In this document: piece after piece, positions 38,386 through 48,864 of the stretch
How positions within the stretch are numbered: the first letter of the stretch is position 1
How the letters are laid out: each line of letters begins with the position of its first letter
Assembly (NCBI GenBank): GCA_028696995.1
Contig: JAQVFY010000001.1
Span: forward strand, 18,444 to 82,443
Direction: 5' to 3'
From: Patescibacteria group bacterium
Lineage (GTDB): Bacteria > Patescibacteriota > Patescibacteriia > Patescibacteriales > UBA12465
DNA: 64,000 bases
Notes under the pieces: generated by a model
The model's input: the letters and a program-made list of their open reading frames with translations, nothing else
What the model was told of the DNA's origin: nothing
The model's database searches: none
Program-made: the position numbers and the translations under genes

Positions 38386-39000
38386 ATGGACTTAAAGAAA
38401 GAGCAAGAATTATTTAGTCAAGGTTATAAATTAATTGGAGCTCTAGATGAAGCCGGTCGTGGTCCTCTGGCTGGCCCAGTAGTTAGCGCTTGTGTTATTA
38501 TTGATAAAAATTTTAAAATTACGCCAGACTTAGAAAAAATCAGAGACTCCAAAAAACTTAGTGCCAAACAAAGACAAGTCCTCTTCCCTATTATCAAACA
38601 AAGTGTCAGAGCGGTAGAAATAGGAGTTTGCAATAATGAAGAAATTGATAAAATAAATATTTTACAGGCCAGTTTTTTATCAATGCGCCGAGCTTTGAAT
38701 AAAATGGAATTAAAACCAGATATTATTTTGGTTGATGGTAAATTTAAAATACCAAAAATAGAGACAGCGCAAGAAGCTATAATTTCTGGAGATAATTTAA
38801 TTTTTAGCATCGCTATGGCTTCAATTATTGCTAAAGTTAGTCGTGATTTTATCATGGAAGAAATGCATAAAAAATACCCCTTATACTGCTTTGATAAGCA
38901 TAAAGGGTACGGCACTAAATTACACATGGAAATGATTGATTTATACGGTCCCTGTCCTATTCATCGATTAAGTTTTGCTCCGTTTAATTTAATAATATAA
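38386..39000 (+). CDS. rnhB: Ribonuclease HII
   Basis: DEAGRGPLAGPV, DSKKL, DG, ASIIAKVSRD, HKGYGT, IHRLSF. Confidence 0.95.
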   Translation: MDLKKEQELFSQGYKLIGALDEAGRGPLAGPVVSACVIIDKNFKITPDLEKIRDSKKLSAKQRQVLFPIIKQSVRAVEIGVCNNEEIDKINILQASFLSMRRALNKMELKPDIILVDGKFKIPKIETAQEAIISGDNLIFSIAMASIIAKVSRDFIMEEMHKKYPLYCFDKHKGYGTKLHMEMIDLYGPCPIHRLSFAPFNLII

Positions 39001-39021
39001 ATATTTTTAATAAATAAAATT

Positions 39022-39543
39022 ATGAAAAAAACTAAAACACTAATAATTAATAATGAAAAAGTTTTTATTTTATTACAATTTCTTACATTATTATCAATAG
39101 CCACAATAGCTCCAATGATTGGTAATCAACTGATTACTGGATCTATCGTTAATGCAATATTATTTATTACAGTTATGCTCTTAGGAGTTAGGGCTGGAAT
39201 TTTAATTAGTATTATTCCAAGTTTTGTTGCTCTTTTTTCGGGAATAATATCAATTACTTTAATTCCAATAATTCCAATTGTTATTCTTGGTAATATTTTA
39301 TTAATTTTATGTTTTAATTTTTTAAAAGAAAAAAAATATTGGATAAAAATATTTTTTTCTAGTTTACTAAAATTTATTTTTATTTTTAGTTTTAGTAATT
39401 TATTTTTAAATTTAATATTAAAAAGGGAAATTATTCAAAAATTAATAGTAAATATGGGTTATTTCCAATTATTAACAGCCTTAAGTGGTGGAATTTTAGC
39501 TTTTTTTATTGTTAAATTTATTAATAAAGGTAAAATTAGTTAA
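39022..39543 (+). CDS. Membrane protein (ECF S-component-like)
   Basis: 5-6 TM segments, NQLITGSIVNA and QLLTALSGG motifs. Confidence 0.45.
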   Translation: MKKTKTLIINNEKVFILLQFLTLLSIATIAPMIGNQLITGSIVNAILFITVMLLGVRAGILISIIPSFVALFSGIISITLIPIIPIVILGNILLILCFNFLKEKKYWIKIFFSSLLKFIFIFSFSNLFLNLILKREIIQKLIVNMGYFQLLTALSGGILAFFIVKFINKGKIS

Positions 39544-40990
39544 TAACATTATTAATCCTTTTTAAACTTTTCTTTTTACCTAATATTTCAGCGATTTCAG
39601 TTGGACTGGGGCTATTTTTTTCTCCACTTAAAGCTACACGCATCGGCCATAGATAATCACCATTTTTTTTGTTATTATTCTTAATATAATTAAAAATAAT
39701 TTCTTCTAATTTTTTCTTAGTCCAATCATTCTCACTAAGACTCTCTAAAACAGGAATTAATTCCTTTAAATTATTTTTTACTTCCTTTAAACTTAAATTT
39801 TTCCAAATCAACAAATTTTCATCATAAACTATATCATCTCTAAAAAAATAAAAACTTAATTCATTAATATCTTCCAATTTTTTTAATCTTTCTTGCGAAA
39901 CAGTAATAACTTTATGAATAAATTTTAAATCAGTCTTTTCATCCACTAATCCTTCTTTAATTAAATAAGGTCGACATAAATCACTTAACTCCTCTATATT
40001 TTTTTGACGAAGATAATAGCCGTTTAAATAATCTAATTTTTCTAAATCAAAAACAGCTGGACTAGATCCCATTCCGGAAATATTAAATTTTTTAATAATT
40101 TCGTCCATGCTCAAAATTTCTTGATCATCTTTAGGATGCCAACCAAGCAAGGCACAAAAATTAATAATAGCTTCTGGCAGATAACCCTTATTCCTATAAT
40201 CTTCCACAAAAACATCGCCCTGTCTCTTGCTTAATTTTCCCCCACCCTTATTTAATATCAATGGCAAATGAATAAATTTCGGCAGCTCCCAACCAAAAGC
40301 TTGATACAATAAAGCATTTTTAGGAAAACTGGCCAGCCATTCATCACCTCTGCTTACATGACTTATTTCCATCAAATGATCATCAATAATATTGGCGAAT
40401 TGATAAGTAGGAATCCCATTTGATTTCATTAAAACATGATCATCTAAATCAGCTGTTTTAAAAACAATTTTTCCGCGCAATTCATCTACTACTTCTACAT
40501 AAATATTTTGTGGAATCTTTTGTCGAATAACATAACTTTCGCCATTTTTTATTTTTTTATCCACTTCCTCCTTACTTAAATTACGACAATGACCATCATA
40601 TTTAGGTGCTTGTTTATTTTCTTGCTGCTTATTTCTCATCTCCTCTAATCTCTCTGCTGAGCAAAAACAATGATAAGCTCCATCTTTTTTTAATAATTCT
40701 TTAATATATTTCTGATAAATTTCTAAGCGCTCGGTTTGAATATATGGACCATATTTACCACCGATATGAGGACCTTCGTCAAATTTTATACCAACCCAAG
40801 AAAAAACATCTAATAAACTTTTTACTGCCCCTTCGACCTCCCTTTTTTGATCTGTATCTTCAATGCGTAAAATAAAATCACCGCCCATACTTTTAGCTAA
40901 TAAATAGCCAAATAAAGCGGAACGTAAATTACCAATATGTAAAAATCCAGTTGGCGATGGTGCAAATCTTAATCTAATTTTATTTTTCAT
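39536..40990 (-). CDS. gltX: Glutamyl-tRNA synthetase
   Basis: RFAPSPTGFLHIG, LRIEDTD, KLSKR. Confidence 0.97.
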   Translation of the reverse strand: MKNKIRLRFAPSPTGFLHIGNLRSALFGYLLAKSMGGDFILRIEDTDQKREVEGAVKSLLDVFSWVGIKFDEGPHIGGKYGPYIQTERLEIYQKYIKELLKKDGAYHCFCSAERLEEMRNKQQENKQAPKYDGHCRNLSKEEVDKKIKNGESYVIRQKIPQNIYVEVVDELRGKIVFKTADLDDHVLMKSNGIPTYQFANIIDDHLMEISHVSRGDEWLASFPKNALLYQAFGWELPKFIHLPLILNKGGGKLSKRQGDVFVEDYRNKGYLPEAIINFCALLGWHPKDDQEILSMDEIIKKFNISGMGSSPAVFDLEKLDYLNGYYLRQKNIEELSDLCRPYLIKEGLVDEKTDLKFIHKVITVSQERLKKLEDINELSFYFFRDDIVYDENLLIWKNLSLKEVKNNLKELIPVLESLSENDWTKKKLEEIIFNYIKNNNKKNGDYLWPMRVALSGEKNSPSPTEIAEILGKKKSLKRINNVIN

Positions 40991-41007
40991 AATTTATATT
41001 TTATATT

Positions 41008-42327
41008 TTATCTTTTTCCCTCTAAATAATCCTTAAACTTTTTTAAAAAAATTTTAGTACCATCCTTTCTCATAGGATGGACTTCGTTGATAAAATTACT
41101 GGCTCGAACCCATTTCCAAGCCGAATGATCCCAGAAATTAAGACGAATATCAGAGTCATCACCTTTAAATTCAGCAATTAATAAACTCTGTTTTTGTCCC
41201 TTAAAACCATAACGTCCTTTACTATTAGTTTTATATTTAAAGATATTTTTGTAAATCTTTTTTGGAAAAAATTCTTTAATACCCAATTCTTCATACATTT
41301 CTCGACTACCGGCTCGCATTACTCTGTCACCATCAGTGCCTCCCTGTGGTAATTGCCAATGACCCTCTTCTTCACTTCTTTCTACTAATAATATTTGATA
41401 ATGTTCCAATGGATTTCTTTTTTTGTTTTCTAGAGCAGTATAAGGTAATATTTCTTTTTTATACAAGAGACAAGCCACATTTTTCCTATAAAAATGAGGT
41501 CCAATAAATTTCCAATAAAGAAATTTACTCATAAAAACAAAGATAGCTCGATAAATTCTTTTAGATCTTTTTAATGGTTGTTTTATTAAACGCCAGAGCC
41601 ATTCTAAGCCAAATAATCTCATCCAACGAGGAGCTCGCTTTATTTTACCAGTTAAAAAATCCAAAGCGCCTCCAATACCAATACCTATTTTAATAGTCGG
41701 AACTTTTGTTAAATTATGATAAATAAATTTTTCTTGATAAGGAGCTCCAAAATTACAAATCATAATATCGGGCTCAAAATCTAAAATTTTATTAGGCACC
41801 AAGAAATCTAATTTTTCATTAATCTTTTTTTCTATTTTTTTAGCAAATTTAGTAAAAATATTTTTTTTCTCAAAATCAAAATTAATGAGATCTTTTTTAA
41901 TAGGAACAGAAAAATCAAAATCAGCATTTTCAATTAAAAATTTTAAATTGGGATAACGATTATTTAGAGCAATAGAAATTTCTGTTGAAGTTGATAAACC
42001 TTTTTTGTTATTAACTATTAAAACTTTTTTATTTTTCTCTTCTGCTATTTTAAAAATTTCTAAAACAGCATCAGCCCCAGTAAAACGCTTTAATTTTTTT
42101 CGCATCAAAAAGCTGGCAATTTTTAAACCAAAACCATCGGCTAATGACAGACTAGCCTTATTAAGAATATAAAATAATTCTTCATCTTTTTGCCCTTTTA
42201 ATATTATTTCTGGATTAGGAGTAACAATATAGTTTTGTTGGTTAGATGATAAAAAAGAGTTTATCTTTTTATTAAATTCAGAAACGTCAATATCATTATC
42301 GATATTTATGCCTAAAATATTTACCAT
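41008..42327 (-). CDS. WecB/TagA/CpsF glycosyltransferase fused to a C-terminal RppH-like Nudix hydrolase
   Basis: TPNPE, ADGFG, FTGAD, GAPYQE, GIGGALD, RAP..GLEWLWRL; then WQLPQGG..REMYEELG and GQKQ. Confidence 0.85.
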   Translation of the reverse strand: MVNILGINIDNDIDVSEFNKKINSFLSSNQQNYIVTPNPEIILKGQKDEELFYILNKASLSLADGFGLKIASFLMRKKLKRFTGADAVLEIFKIAEEKNKKVLIVNNKKGLSTSTEISIALNNRYPNLKFLIENADFDFSVPIKKDLINFDFEKKNIFTKFAKKIEKKINEKLDFLVPNKILDFEPDIMICNFGAPYQEKFIYHNLTKVPTIKIGIGIGGALDFLTGKIKRAPRWMRLFGLEWLWRLIKQPLKRSKRIYRAIFVFMSKFLYWKFIGPHFYRKNVACLLYKKEILPYTALENKKRNPLEHYQILLVERSEEEGHWQLPQGGTDGDRVMRAGSREMYEELGIKEFFPKKIYKNIFKYKTNSKGRYGFKGQKQSLLIAEFKGDDSDIRLNFWDHSAWKWVRASNFINEVHPMRKDGTKIFLKKFKDYLEGKR

Positions 42328-42546
42328 ATAATTACTAATTTTTTTTAATTTTTATTTAATCTGCTATAAATTTATTATATATTAAATATGATTTTTAGTA
42401 AACATAAGGAATTTTAAATAGTTTAAGCAAGAAGTGTTTTTTACATAAAGCTCCATCTTTAAAAAATATTGGACTTTTACCTAAAAATTTGTTAAAATTT
42501 TAATAACAATAATCTTTTATATAAATAAAAATTTATAAAAATTAAT

Positions 42547-43515
42547 ATGAAAAAATTTCAACAAATTTCCAGTAAAATCAAATCTTTAATAATTGATAAT
42601 CCCAAGAAGCCACGAGCCATAAAATGGTATAATGTTTTAAATCCTGGCCGTAATGAAATAAATTATTTAAAAAAAGAATTCAATTTTGCCGATAAATATC
42701 TAGAAGCTTCCTTGGTCAGAATATCAGCTCAACGCCCAATGATATATTCCGGAGATAGCTATTTATTTATAATTCTTCACTTCCCTGTTTTTTCAGGAGG
42801 AAGAATTATTCCCGGAGAAATAGAGTTTTTTGTTGGACACGGATTCTTAGTTACCTTGCATGATGGCAAAAATAAAACTTTAAATGAGTTTTTTGATTAT
42901 TGTCAAAAAGATGCTGTTTTTCTAGAATCATATCAATCCGAATCATCAGCTATACTGCTATATGAAATCTTAGAAAAACTAATTCAAGATTCTTATTCCC
43001 TTTTAGACGATAATAATATTAAAATTAATGAAGTTGAGAAAAAAATATTTTCCCAGCAACAAAAAATCACCATATCTGAATTATTAACTTTAAAAAGAAA
43101 TATTATTAATATTCGACGTATTGTTCAGAACCATAAAAATATTATGAAAAAACTAACCGAAATGAAAAGCTCTTTGGTTCCTCAAAAAGAAATTATTAAA
43201 TATTATGACATTTTAGCTGAACATAGTCAGAGAATCTGGGAATTTTCTGAAATTCAAAAAGAAATTATTGATTCTCTACATGATACTAGCGAATCAGTGA
43301 TGAGCTATAAAATAAATAATATTATGAAAACCCTAACCGTTGTTTCAGTTATTTTAATGCCTTTAAACTTAATAGCCTCAATGCTAGGGATGAATCTAGA
43401 ACCAAACCCATTAAAAACTCAAAGTGGTCTAATATTTTTTATCAATGTTGGTATAATAATGTTTGTTCTAACTATAATAATGTTAATTTTCTTTAAAAGA
43501 AAAAAATGGCTCTAA
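42547..43515 (+). CDS. corA: CorA-family divalent cation transporter
   Basis: MKTLT..GMN motif with two C-terminal TMs. Confidence 0.85.
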   Translation: MKKFQQISSKIKSLIIDNPKKPRAIKWYNVLNPGRNEINYLKKEFNFADKYLEASLVRISAQRPMIYSGDSYLFIILHFPVFSGGRIIPGEIEFFVGHGFLVTLHDGKNKTLNEFFDYCQKDAVFLESYQSESSAILLYEILEKLIQDSYSLLDDNNIKINEVEKKIFSQQQKITISELLTLKRNIINIRRIVQNHKNIMKKLTEMKSSLVPQKEIIKYYDILAEHSQRIWEFSEIQKEIIDSLHDTSESVMSYKINNIMKTLTVVSVILMPLNLIASMLGMNLEPNPLKTQSGLIFFINVGIIMFVLTIIMLIFFKRKKWL

Positions 43516-43647
43516 AATAAGGAAATAATCAAAAAATAACAATAAAAACCCACTTTAAAGTGGTTTTTTGTTTAAATCTCCAAAACATTGACATTATTTT
43601 ATAAATATGCTAAAGTCCTATATTAATGTCAAATAAATTTTAAGGAT

Positions 43648-44769
43648 ATGAAAATATATATTATCGGACAAAAAGGCATTCCAGCAATGGGTGGCGGAGT
43701 AGAAACTCACGTTCAAAACTTGTCATTGAAATTGACTGAAAAAGGTCATGATGTTTTTGTTTATACTAGACACAGTTATAGTGATAAAAAATTAAAAAAA
43801 TATCAAAAAGTTAATCTTATTTCTCTTCCTAGTATCAAAACTAAAAGTTTAGACGCTATTAGCCACACTTTTTTAGCTTGTCTAGATTTAATTTTTAAAA
43901 GAAGGGCCGATGTTGTCCATTTTCATTCTATTGGTCCAGCTTCTTTAATCTGGCTAATAAAATTATTTAAACCGAAGACTAAAATTATTTTTACTTTTCA
44001 TAGTCAATGTTATTTTAATACCAAATGGGGACGCTTAGCTAAATTTTACTTAAATTTAGGAGAAAGAATTGGTTGTAAAATGGCCGATGAAGTTATTGTT
44101 GTTTCTGAAAATTTAAAAAAATATGTAGAAGATAAATATGGACGTCGGGTGCATTTTATTCCTAATGGAGTCAATACGGCTAAAATATTACCAGCTAATT
44201 TTATAAAGAATAATTGGAGTATAGAGAAAGACTCATATATTCTTTCAGTTTCTCGTTTAGTAAAAAACAAGGGCTTAGAATATTTAATTACAGCTTATAA
44301 TAATATTTCAACTGATAAAAAATTAGTAATAGTAGGTGATGGAAGTTATATAAATAAATTAATGAAATTAGCTTCAAATAATGATAATATTATTTTTACA
44401 GGTAAACAGCATGGAGATATTTTAGCTGAATTATACTCTAATGCTAATTTATTTGTTCAATCATCCGAAGCAGAAGGTTTGTCTATCTCTCTATTAGAAG
44501 CAATTTCTTATAGATTACCAATTTTAATTAGTGATATCGAAGCCAACACTGAAGTTTTAGGAGAAGATTCTTTTAGTTTTAAAAATAAAGATATTAATGA
44601 TTTAAAATTAAAATTAGAAAAATATTTAAATAAAAATGAAACCGAAGGATTAAATTCCTCTAAAGATTTATTAGATATTGACAATAATATTGAAAAAAAG
44701 TACAATGATATAATGTCTAAATATAATTGGGAGGATATTGTTAACAAGACCATAGAATTATATAAATAA
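43648..44769 (+). CDS. GT4-family glycosyltransferase
   Basis: GGVE, IPNG, RLVKNKG, EGLSISLLEA. Confidence 0.88.
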   Translation: MKIYIIGQKGIPAMGGGVETHVQNLSLKLTEKGHDVFVYTRHSYSDKKLKKYQKVNLISLPSIKTKSLDAISHTFLACLDLIFKRRADVVHFHSIGPASLIWLIKLFKPKTKIIFTFHSQCYFNTKWGRLAKFYLNLGERIGCKMADEVIVVSENLKKYVEDKYGRRVHFIPNGVNTAKILPANFIKNNWSIEKDSYILSVSRLVKNKGLEYLITAYNNISTDKKLVIVGDGSYINKLMKLASNNDNIIFTGKQHGDILAELYSNANLFVQSSEAEGLSISLLEAISYRLPILISDIEANTEVLGEDSFSFKNKDINDLKLKLEKYLNKNETEGLNSSKDLLDIDNNIEKKYNDIMSKYNWEDIVNKTIELYK

Positions 44770-44796
44770 CCACCCTTGTTATTCCCACGTAAAAGC

Positions 44797-44834
44797 CACG
44801 TATAACTCGCCACACAAATGCGACTCACACGTGA
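44797..44834. repeat. CACGT-bounded REP-like hairpin
   Basis: CACGT-ataac-TCGC-cacacaaat-GCGA-ctcac-ACGTG; the reverse complement aligns with 731-786. Confidence 0.7.
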
Positions 44835-44881
44835 CTAACGTAAAGATCTTTAAAAACAAACATAAACCAAAAAAACAAACC

Positions 44882-45391
44882 ATGAAAAAATTGTTCTTTT
44901 TATTCGCAGTTGTAGCCCTATTGGGCTCCTGCAAGGAATTCGAAATGCCGGCTCCAAATGGAGCGTCAGGCGAAACTCCCACCGGATATATCTGGCCAGG
45001 ACATGCCACCCCAAAGCCGGTAGAATTTCTGGGGAAAACCCAGGTTTCTTCCGGAGTGTATGACTACGCTTTTCGGATGCATTTGGACGGCAGTCAGGTT
45101 GATCCCAATCCTCTTACCCTGAGCTCATTCTCAATCCCCCACGTAGGACCTACAGGATGCGCTCCAAGCAACGGCGACGTTATCTATCATAACGTGGATA
45201 ATGACGCTCAGTATTACATAGATAAGATCGAAGGAGGTTGGATATACTATAGGATTCGATCAACCATCGGGCACACATTAAAATATAATATTTCAAAAAT
45301 GCCCGGAGCAATCCCAGGATGGTGGTTTCTTAAGTACGGTTTGCTGGACGACGATGGAATAAATAATATCATCACTTTCGTCACTAACTAA
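44882..45391 (+). CDS. Predicted lipoprotein, Bacteroidota-style signal, higher GC
   Basis: MKKLFFLFAVVALLGS-C lipobox; A/C-rich SD-less leader; terminator at 45417-45444. Confidence 0.7.
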   Translation: MKKLFFLFAVVALLGSCKEFEMPAPNGASGETPTGYIWPGHATPKPVEFLGKTQVSSGVYDYAFRMHLDGSQVDPNPLTLSSFSIPHVGPTGCAPSNGDVIYHNVDNDAQYYIDKIEGGWIYYRIRSTIGHTLKYNISKMPGAIPGWWFLKYGLLDDDGINNIITFVTN

Positions 45392-45468
45392 CGAAACCGC
45401 CAACCGAAAAACACAAAGAGCCGAATAACCGTTCGGCTTTTTTTAATTCTACGCAAAATTAAGAAAAT

Positions 45469-45517
45469 CTGGATTCCCGCTTTCGCGGGAATGACAAAGG
45501 ACACGGGAATAACAAGG
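45469..45517 (+). repeat. REP-like palindrome CTGGATTCCCGCTTTCGCGGGAATGAC plus duplicated half
   Basis: Hairpin ATTCCCGC/GCGGGAAT followed by GAC; extra half GGGAATAACAAGG at 45505-45517. Confidence 0.8.
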
Positions 45518-45523
45518 AAGAAA

Positions 45524-47170
45524 TTATAGTGACTTAATAAACTCTACAAATAAAGGATGCGGGGCTAAGGGTCGAGAAATATATTCTGGGTGGAACTGTA
45601 CTCCCACAAAAAAAGGATGATCTTTTATTTCAATTGCTTCTACGATATGGCCGTCTGGTGATGTTCCTGAGATTACCAAGCCCTTTTTTTCAAATAAATC
45701 TCGATATTCATTATTAAATTCATAACGATGACGATGTCGTTCGCTAATAACATCTTTAAAACCCATTTTTTCATAAGAATTAGCCAGTCTAGTACCCTTT
45801 TTCATTTTACAAGGCCAAGATCCAATTCTAATAGTTCCCCCATAACCTTTTTCTTCTATCAATTTTTCTTGTCCGGGCATAATATGAATAACTTTATTTT
45901 TACTTTTAGGATTTATTTCTTCCGAAATAGCATCCTTTATTCCACAAACATTTTGAGCAAATTCGATTACTGCCATCTGCATACCATAACACAGACCTAA
46001 ATATGGAATCTTTTTTTCACGACAATATTTTATAGTTTTTATTTTCCCTTCCGAGCCACGACTTCCCCATCCTTGAGGAACTATTATTCCAGACAAACCT
46101 TTTAATATTTTAAGTCCTTTCTTCTCGACCTCTTCGGAGTTAATCCATTCTAATTTTGGCTTTACTTTATTATAAGCTCCAGCGTGTTTAATAGCCTCTA
46201 TTACCGAAATATAAGAATCACTCAAATTAAAATCACCAGTAGAAAAATATTTACCAACAATTCCAATTTTTACTTCCTTTTTAGCACTTTTAATATTATT
46301 TAACATTTTAGACCAATTATCAGCTTTTTTTCTAGATTCTTCGTTAATTTTTGGTTTTAAATTTAATTTTTTTAATATTTTTCTACTTAAATTATTTTTT
46401 TCAAAATTTATAGGTACTTCATAAATAGAATCAATATCTGGTGCAGCGATAACATCTTCTTTCATAATATTACAATGAATGGCAATCTTTTCCCGACGAA
46501 CATCATCAATATTTTTTTCAGAACGAGCTACGATAAAGTTTGGTTGAATTCCAGCGGCGTTTAAAGTTCTAACAGCATGTTGTGTTGGTTTTGTTTTCAT
46601 TTCTCCAATTTTACTAGGAACAGGAAGATAAGAAACCATAACAAATAAAACATCTTTTGGATTTTTTAATTTCATAACCCTGGCTGCCTCTAAAAATAAT
46701 AAATTTTCGTATTCGCCAACAGTTCCACCAACCTCAATTACCATTATCTCAGCTTTACTTTTTTCTACCGCCTTATAAATTCTCTCCCTTATCTCTCGAG
46801 GAATATGAGGTACTACTTGCACGCATTTACCACCATATTCAAGGTTTCGCTCCTTATTAATAACCGTTTCATAAACACGACCGGTAGTCATATAATTTTC
46901 TCTATAAATATTCCTATTTAAAAATCTTTCATAATTTCCAATATCCTGATCGGTTTCGTCTCCATCTTCGGTTACAAAAACCTCACCATGCTCTATCGGA
47001 TTCATAGTTCCAGCATCAACATTTATATAAGGATCTACTTTTATAGCGCTAACACTGTATCCTTGATGAGACAATATTTGAGCTATAGAAGCAGTAGTAA
47101 TACCCTTCCCAACTCCGGACATTACTCCACCAACAACAAAAATGAATTTTGGACTCTTTTTACTAGACAT
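45524..47170 (-). CDS. pyrG: CTP synthase
   Basis: GGVMSGVGKG, DPYINVDAGTM, KTKPTQH, GLCYGMQ, ERHRHRYE, QFHPE. Confidence 0.97.
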   Translation of the reverse strand: MSSKKSPKFIFVVGGVMSGVGKGITTASIAQILSHQGYSVSAIKVDPYINVDAGTMNPIEHGEVFVTEDGDETDQDIGNYERFLNRNIYRENYMTTGRVYETVINKERNLEYGGKCVQVVPHIPREIRERIYKAVEKSKAEIMVIEVGGTVGEYENLLFLEAARVMKLKNPKDVLFVMVSYLPVPSKIGEMKTKPTQHAVRTLNAAGIQPNFIVARSEKNIDDVRREKIAIHCNIMKEDVIAAPDIDSIYEVPINFEKNNLSRKILKKLNLKPKINEESRKKADNWSKMLNNIKSAKKEVKIGIVGKYFSTGDFNLSDSYISVIEAIKHAGAYNKVKPKLEWINSEEVEKKGLKILKGLSGIIVPQGWGSRGSEGKIKTIKYCREKKIPYLGLCYGMQMAVIEFAQNVCGIKDAISEEINPKSKNKVIHIMPGQEKLIEEKGYGGTIRIGSWPCKMKKGTRLANSYEKMGFKDVISERHRHRYEFNNEYRDLFEKKGLVISGTSPDGHIVEAIEIKDHPFFVGVQFHPEYISRPLAPHPLFVEFIKSL

Positions 47171-47247
47171 ATATTGACAATTAATTATATTTATATTAAA
47201 GTTTTATTATAATTCATTAATTGTTTAACAAAAAAGGAGGACAGTAT

Positions 47248-47523
47248 ATGTTGTACATATACAAAGGATTTAAGGGAACTTGTCGTAAAGAGAAATTTTG
47301 TCTCTTCGATGAGGATTCCCATGAAGTAGAGTTTTTTAAAAACGAAGAGGAGTTAGTCGAATATATTATTGACAACTACTCCTCAGAATTTAACAACCTT
47401 TGTAATGAAGTTGAGAACTGGATATCTCAACTATTAAAGAAAAATAGTTTTGAGATCAGTCGAAAACTCTCTTCAGAGGAGCTTTGCTTTCTAGTAGACA
47501 GGGGCAAAACCTTGATATACTAA
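47248..47523 (+). CDS. Hypothetical protein
   Basis: SD AGGAGG before ATG 47248; promoter TTGACA-N17-TAAAGT (47174-47202); terminator at about 47543-47574. Confidence 0.55.
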   Translation: MLYIYKGFKGTCRKEKFCLFDEDSHEVEFFKNEEELVEYIIDNYSSEFNNLCNEVENWISQLLKKNSFEISRKLSSEELCFLVDRGKTLIY

Positions 47524-47581
47524 AAAAAGTTCCTCAAAAATGACCCCCTATTATTAAAAGGGGGTTTATTTTTTAAAAAAA

Positions 47582-48859
47582 CTACTTCTTAAAATCTTTA
47601 AGAACTCTTTTGGCCTCCTCTAATTGTGGATCACGATTATTCAGATAATCTTCATAGGTCAACTCTACTTCAACATCAGGAATAATTCCCTCTTTGTTTA
47701 TATTTTTGCCACCCGGAGTCAACCATTCTGCCATTGTAATTTTAAGAGCTGATCCATCTTTTAAATCTCTAATTATTTGAACAGAACCTTTGCCATAACT
47801 TTTTTCTCCTACAACAATAGCCTTATCGTAATATTGTAAAGCGCCAGTTAGAATTTCAGAAGCTGAAGCACTACCAGCGTTTATCAAAATAACAGTCGGA
47901 TAATCTTTTAAACGATTTAAACCATTGGCCCGATAATTCATTTGATGATCATCACCAAAACCCTCAATTACAGCCACCTCTCCATCGATCCACTCTCCCA
48001 ATAAAGACACTGAAGTTTCTAAATATCCCCCTGGATTACTTCGCAAATCAATTATCACTCCTTTAGGCTGTAAAGCCAAGATTTCTTTAATAGCTAAAGA
48101 AAATAAATTTTCAGTATCACCATTAAAAGAACTGATTTTAATCAGAAAAATATCATCTTCTAAGGCCTTATAAGTAACGCTACGAATAATAATAGTATCT
48201 CTAATTATTTTTACTTCTTGAATATCTTCAGTTCCCTCACGAAAAATATCCAAAATAACTTCAGTTCCTTTTGTTCCCCTAATTCTACTAACCGCTTCAT
48301 TAATATTCATATTTTGAGTGGGCTCTCCATCTATTTCTAAAATTTTATCTCCGGGCATTAAACCAGCTCTTTGCGCCGGAGTTCCATCTATTGGCGAAAT
48401 TATAGTTAAAATTTCATCTCTTATTCCAATTTCTGCACCAATACCCTCAAAAGTTCCACTCATATCTTCATTAAATTCTTTGTTTTTTTGAGGATCCATA
48501 AACTCGGTATAAGGATCTCCTAAAGAAGCAACCATTCCCTCTAAAGAACCATAAAACATCTTTTTTTCGCTAAAATCACCCTTATTGACATATTCGTTTT
48601 TTATCGCTTCCCAAACCTCAAAATACAAAGAAAAATCAACATTCTGCGCCCATTTTCCATCTACCTTATCATATTTTCCAGTCACCTTGCCTAAATACAA
48701 GGCCTGCCCTTCAGCTAATCGAGAAATAGTTTTATTAGTTGTAGCTAAATAAGCCCCACTAGAAAAGATAATAACAACGATTAATACCAATAAAAAAATT
48801 CTAGCCAAACTTTTGGCTATTTTTACAAAACCTTTTCTTATTTTTCTTTTTTTATTCAT
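47582..48859 (-). CDS. S41 carboxy-terminal processing protease
   Basis: DPYT, GIGAEI, PDZ domain, DLRSNPGG, SASASEI, YGKGSVQ. Confidence 0.92.
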   Translation of the reverse strand: MNKKRKIRKGFVKIAKSLARIFLLVLIVVIIFSSGAYLATTNKTISRLAEGQALYLGKVTGKYDKVDGKWAQNVDFSLYFEVWEAIKNEYVNKGDFSEKKMFYGSLEGMVASLGDPYTEFMDPQKNKEFNEDMSGTFEGIGAEIGIRDEILTIISPIDGTPAQRAGLMPGDKILEIDGEPTQNMNINEAVSRIRGTKGTEVILDIFREGTEDIQEVKIIRDTIIIRSVTYKALEDDIFLIKISSFNGDTENLFSLAIKEILALQPKGVIIDLRSNPGGYLETSVSLLGEWIDGEVAVIEGFGDDHQMNYRANGLNRLKDYPTVILINAGSASASEILTGALQYYDKAIVVGEKSYGKGSVQIIRDLKDGSALKITMAEWLTPGGKNINKEGIIPDVEVELTYEDYLNNRDPQLEEAKRVLKDFKK

Positions 48860-48864
48860 AAATT

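Noticed and set aside
42453-42464. boxA-like CCATCTTTAAAA upstream of corA (and TTTCTTTGTAAA in the rplA leader)
   Set aside because: The first lies upstream of the likely promoter and the second inside the L1 hairpin; both are treated as background and show why a statistical test of the motif is needed.
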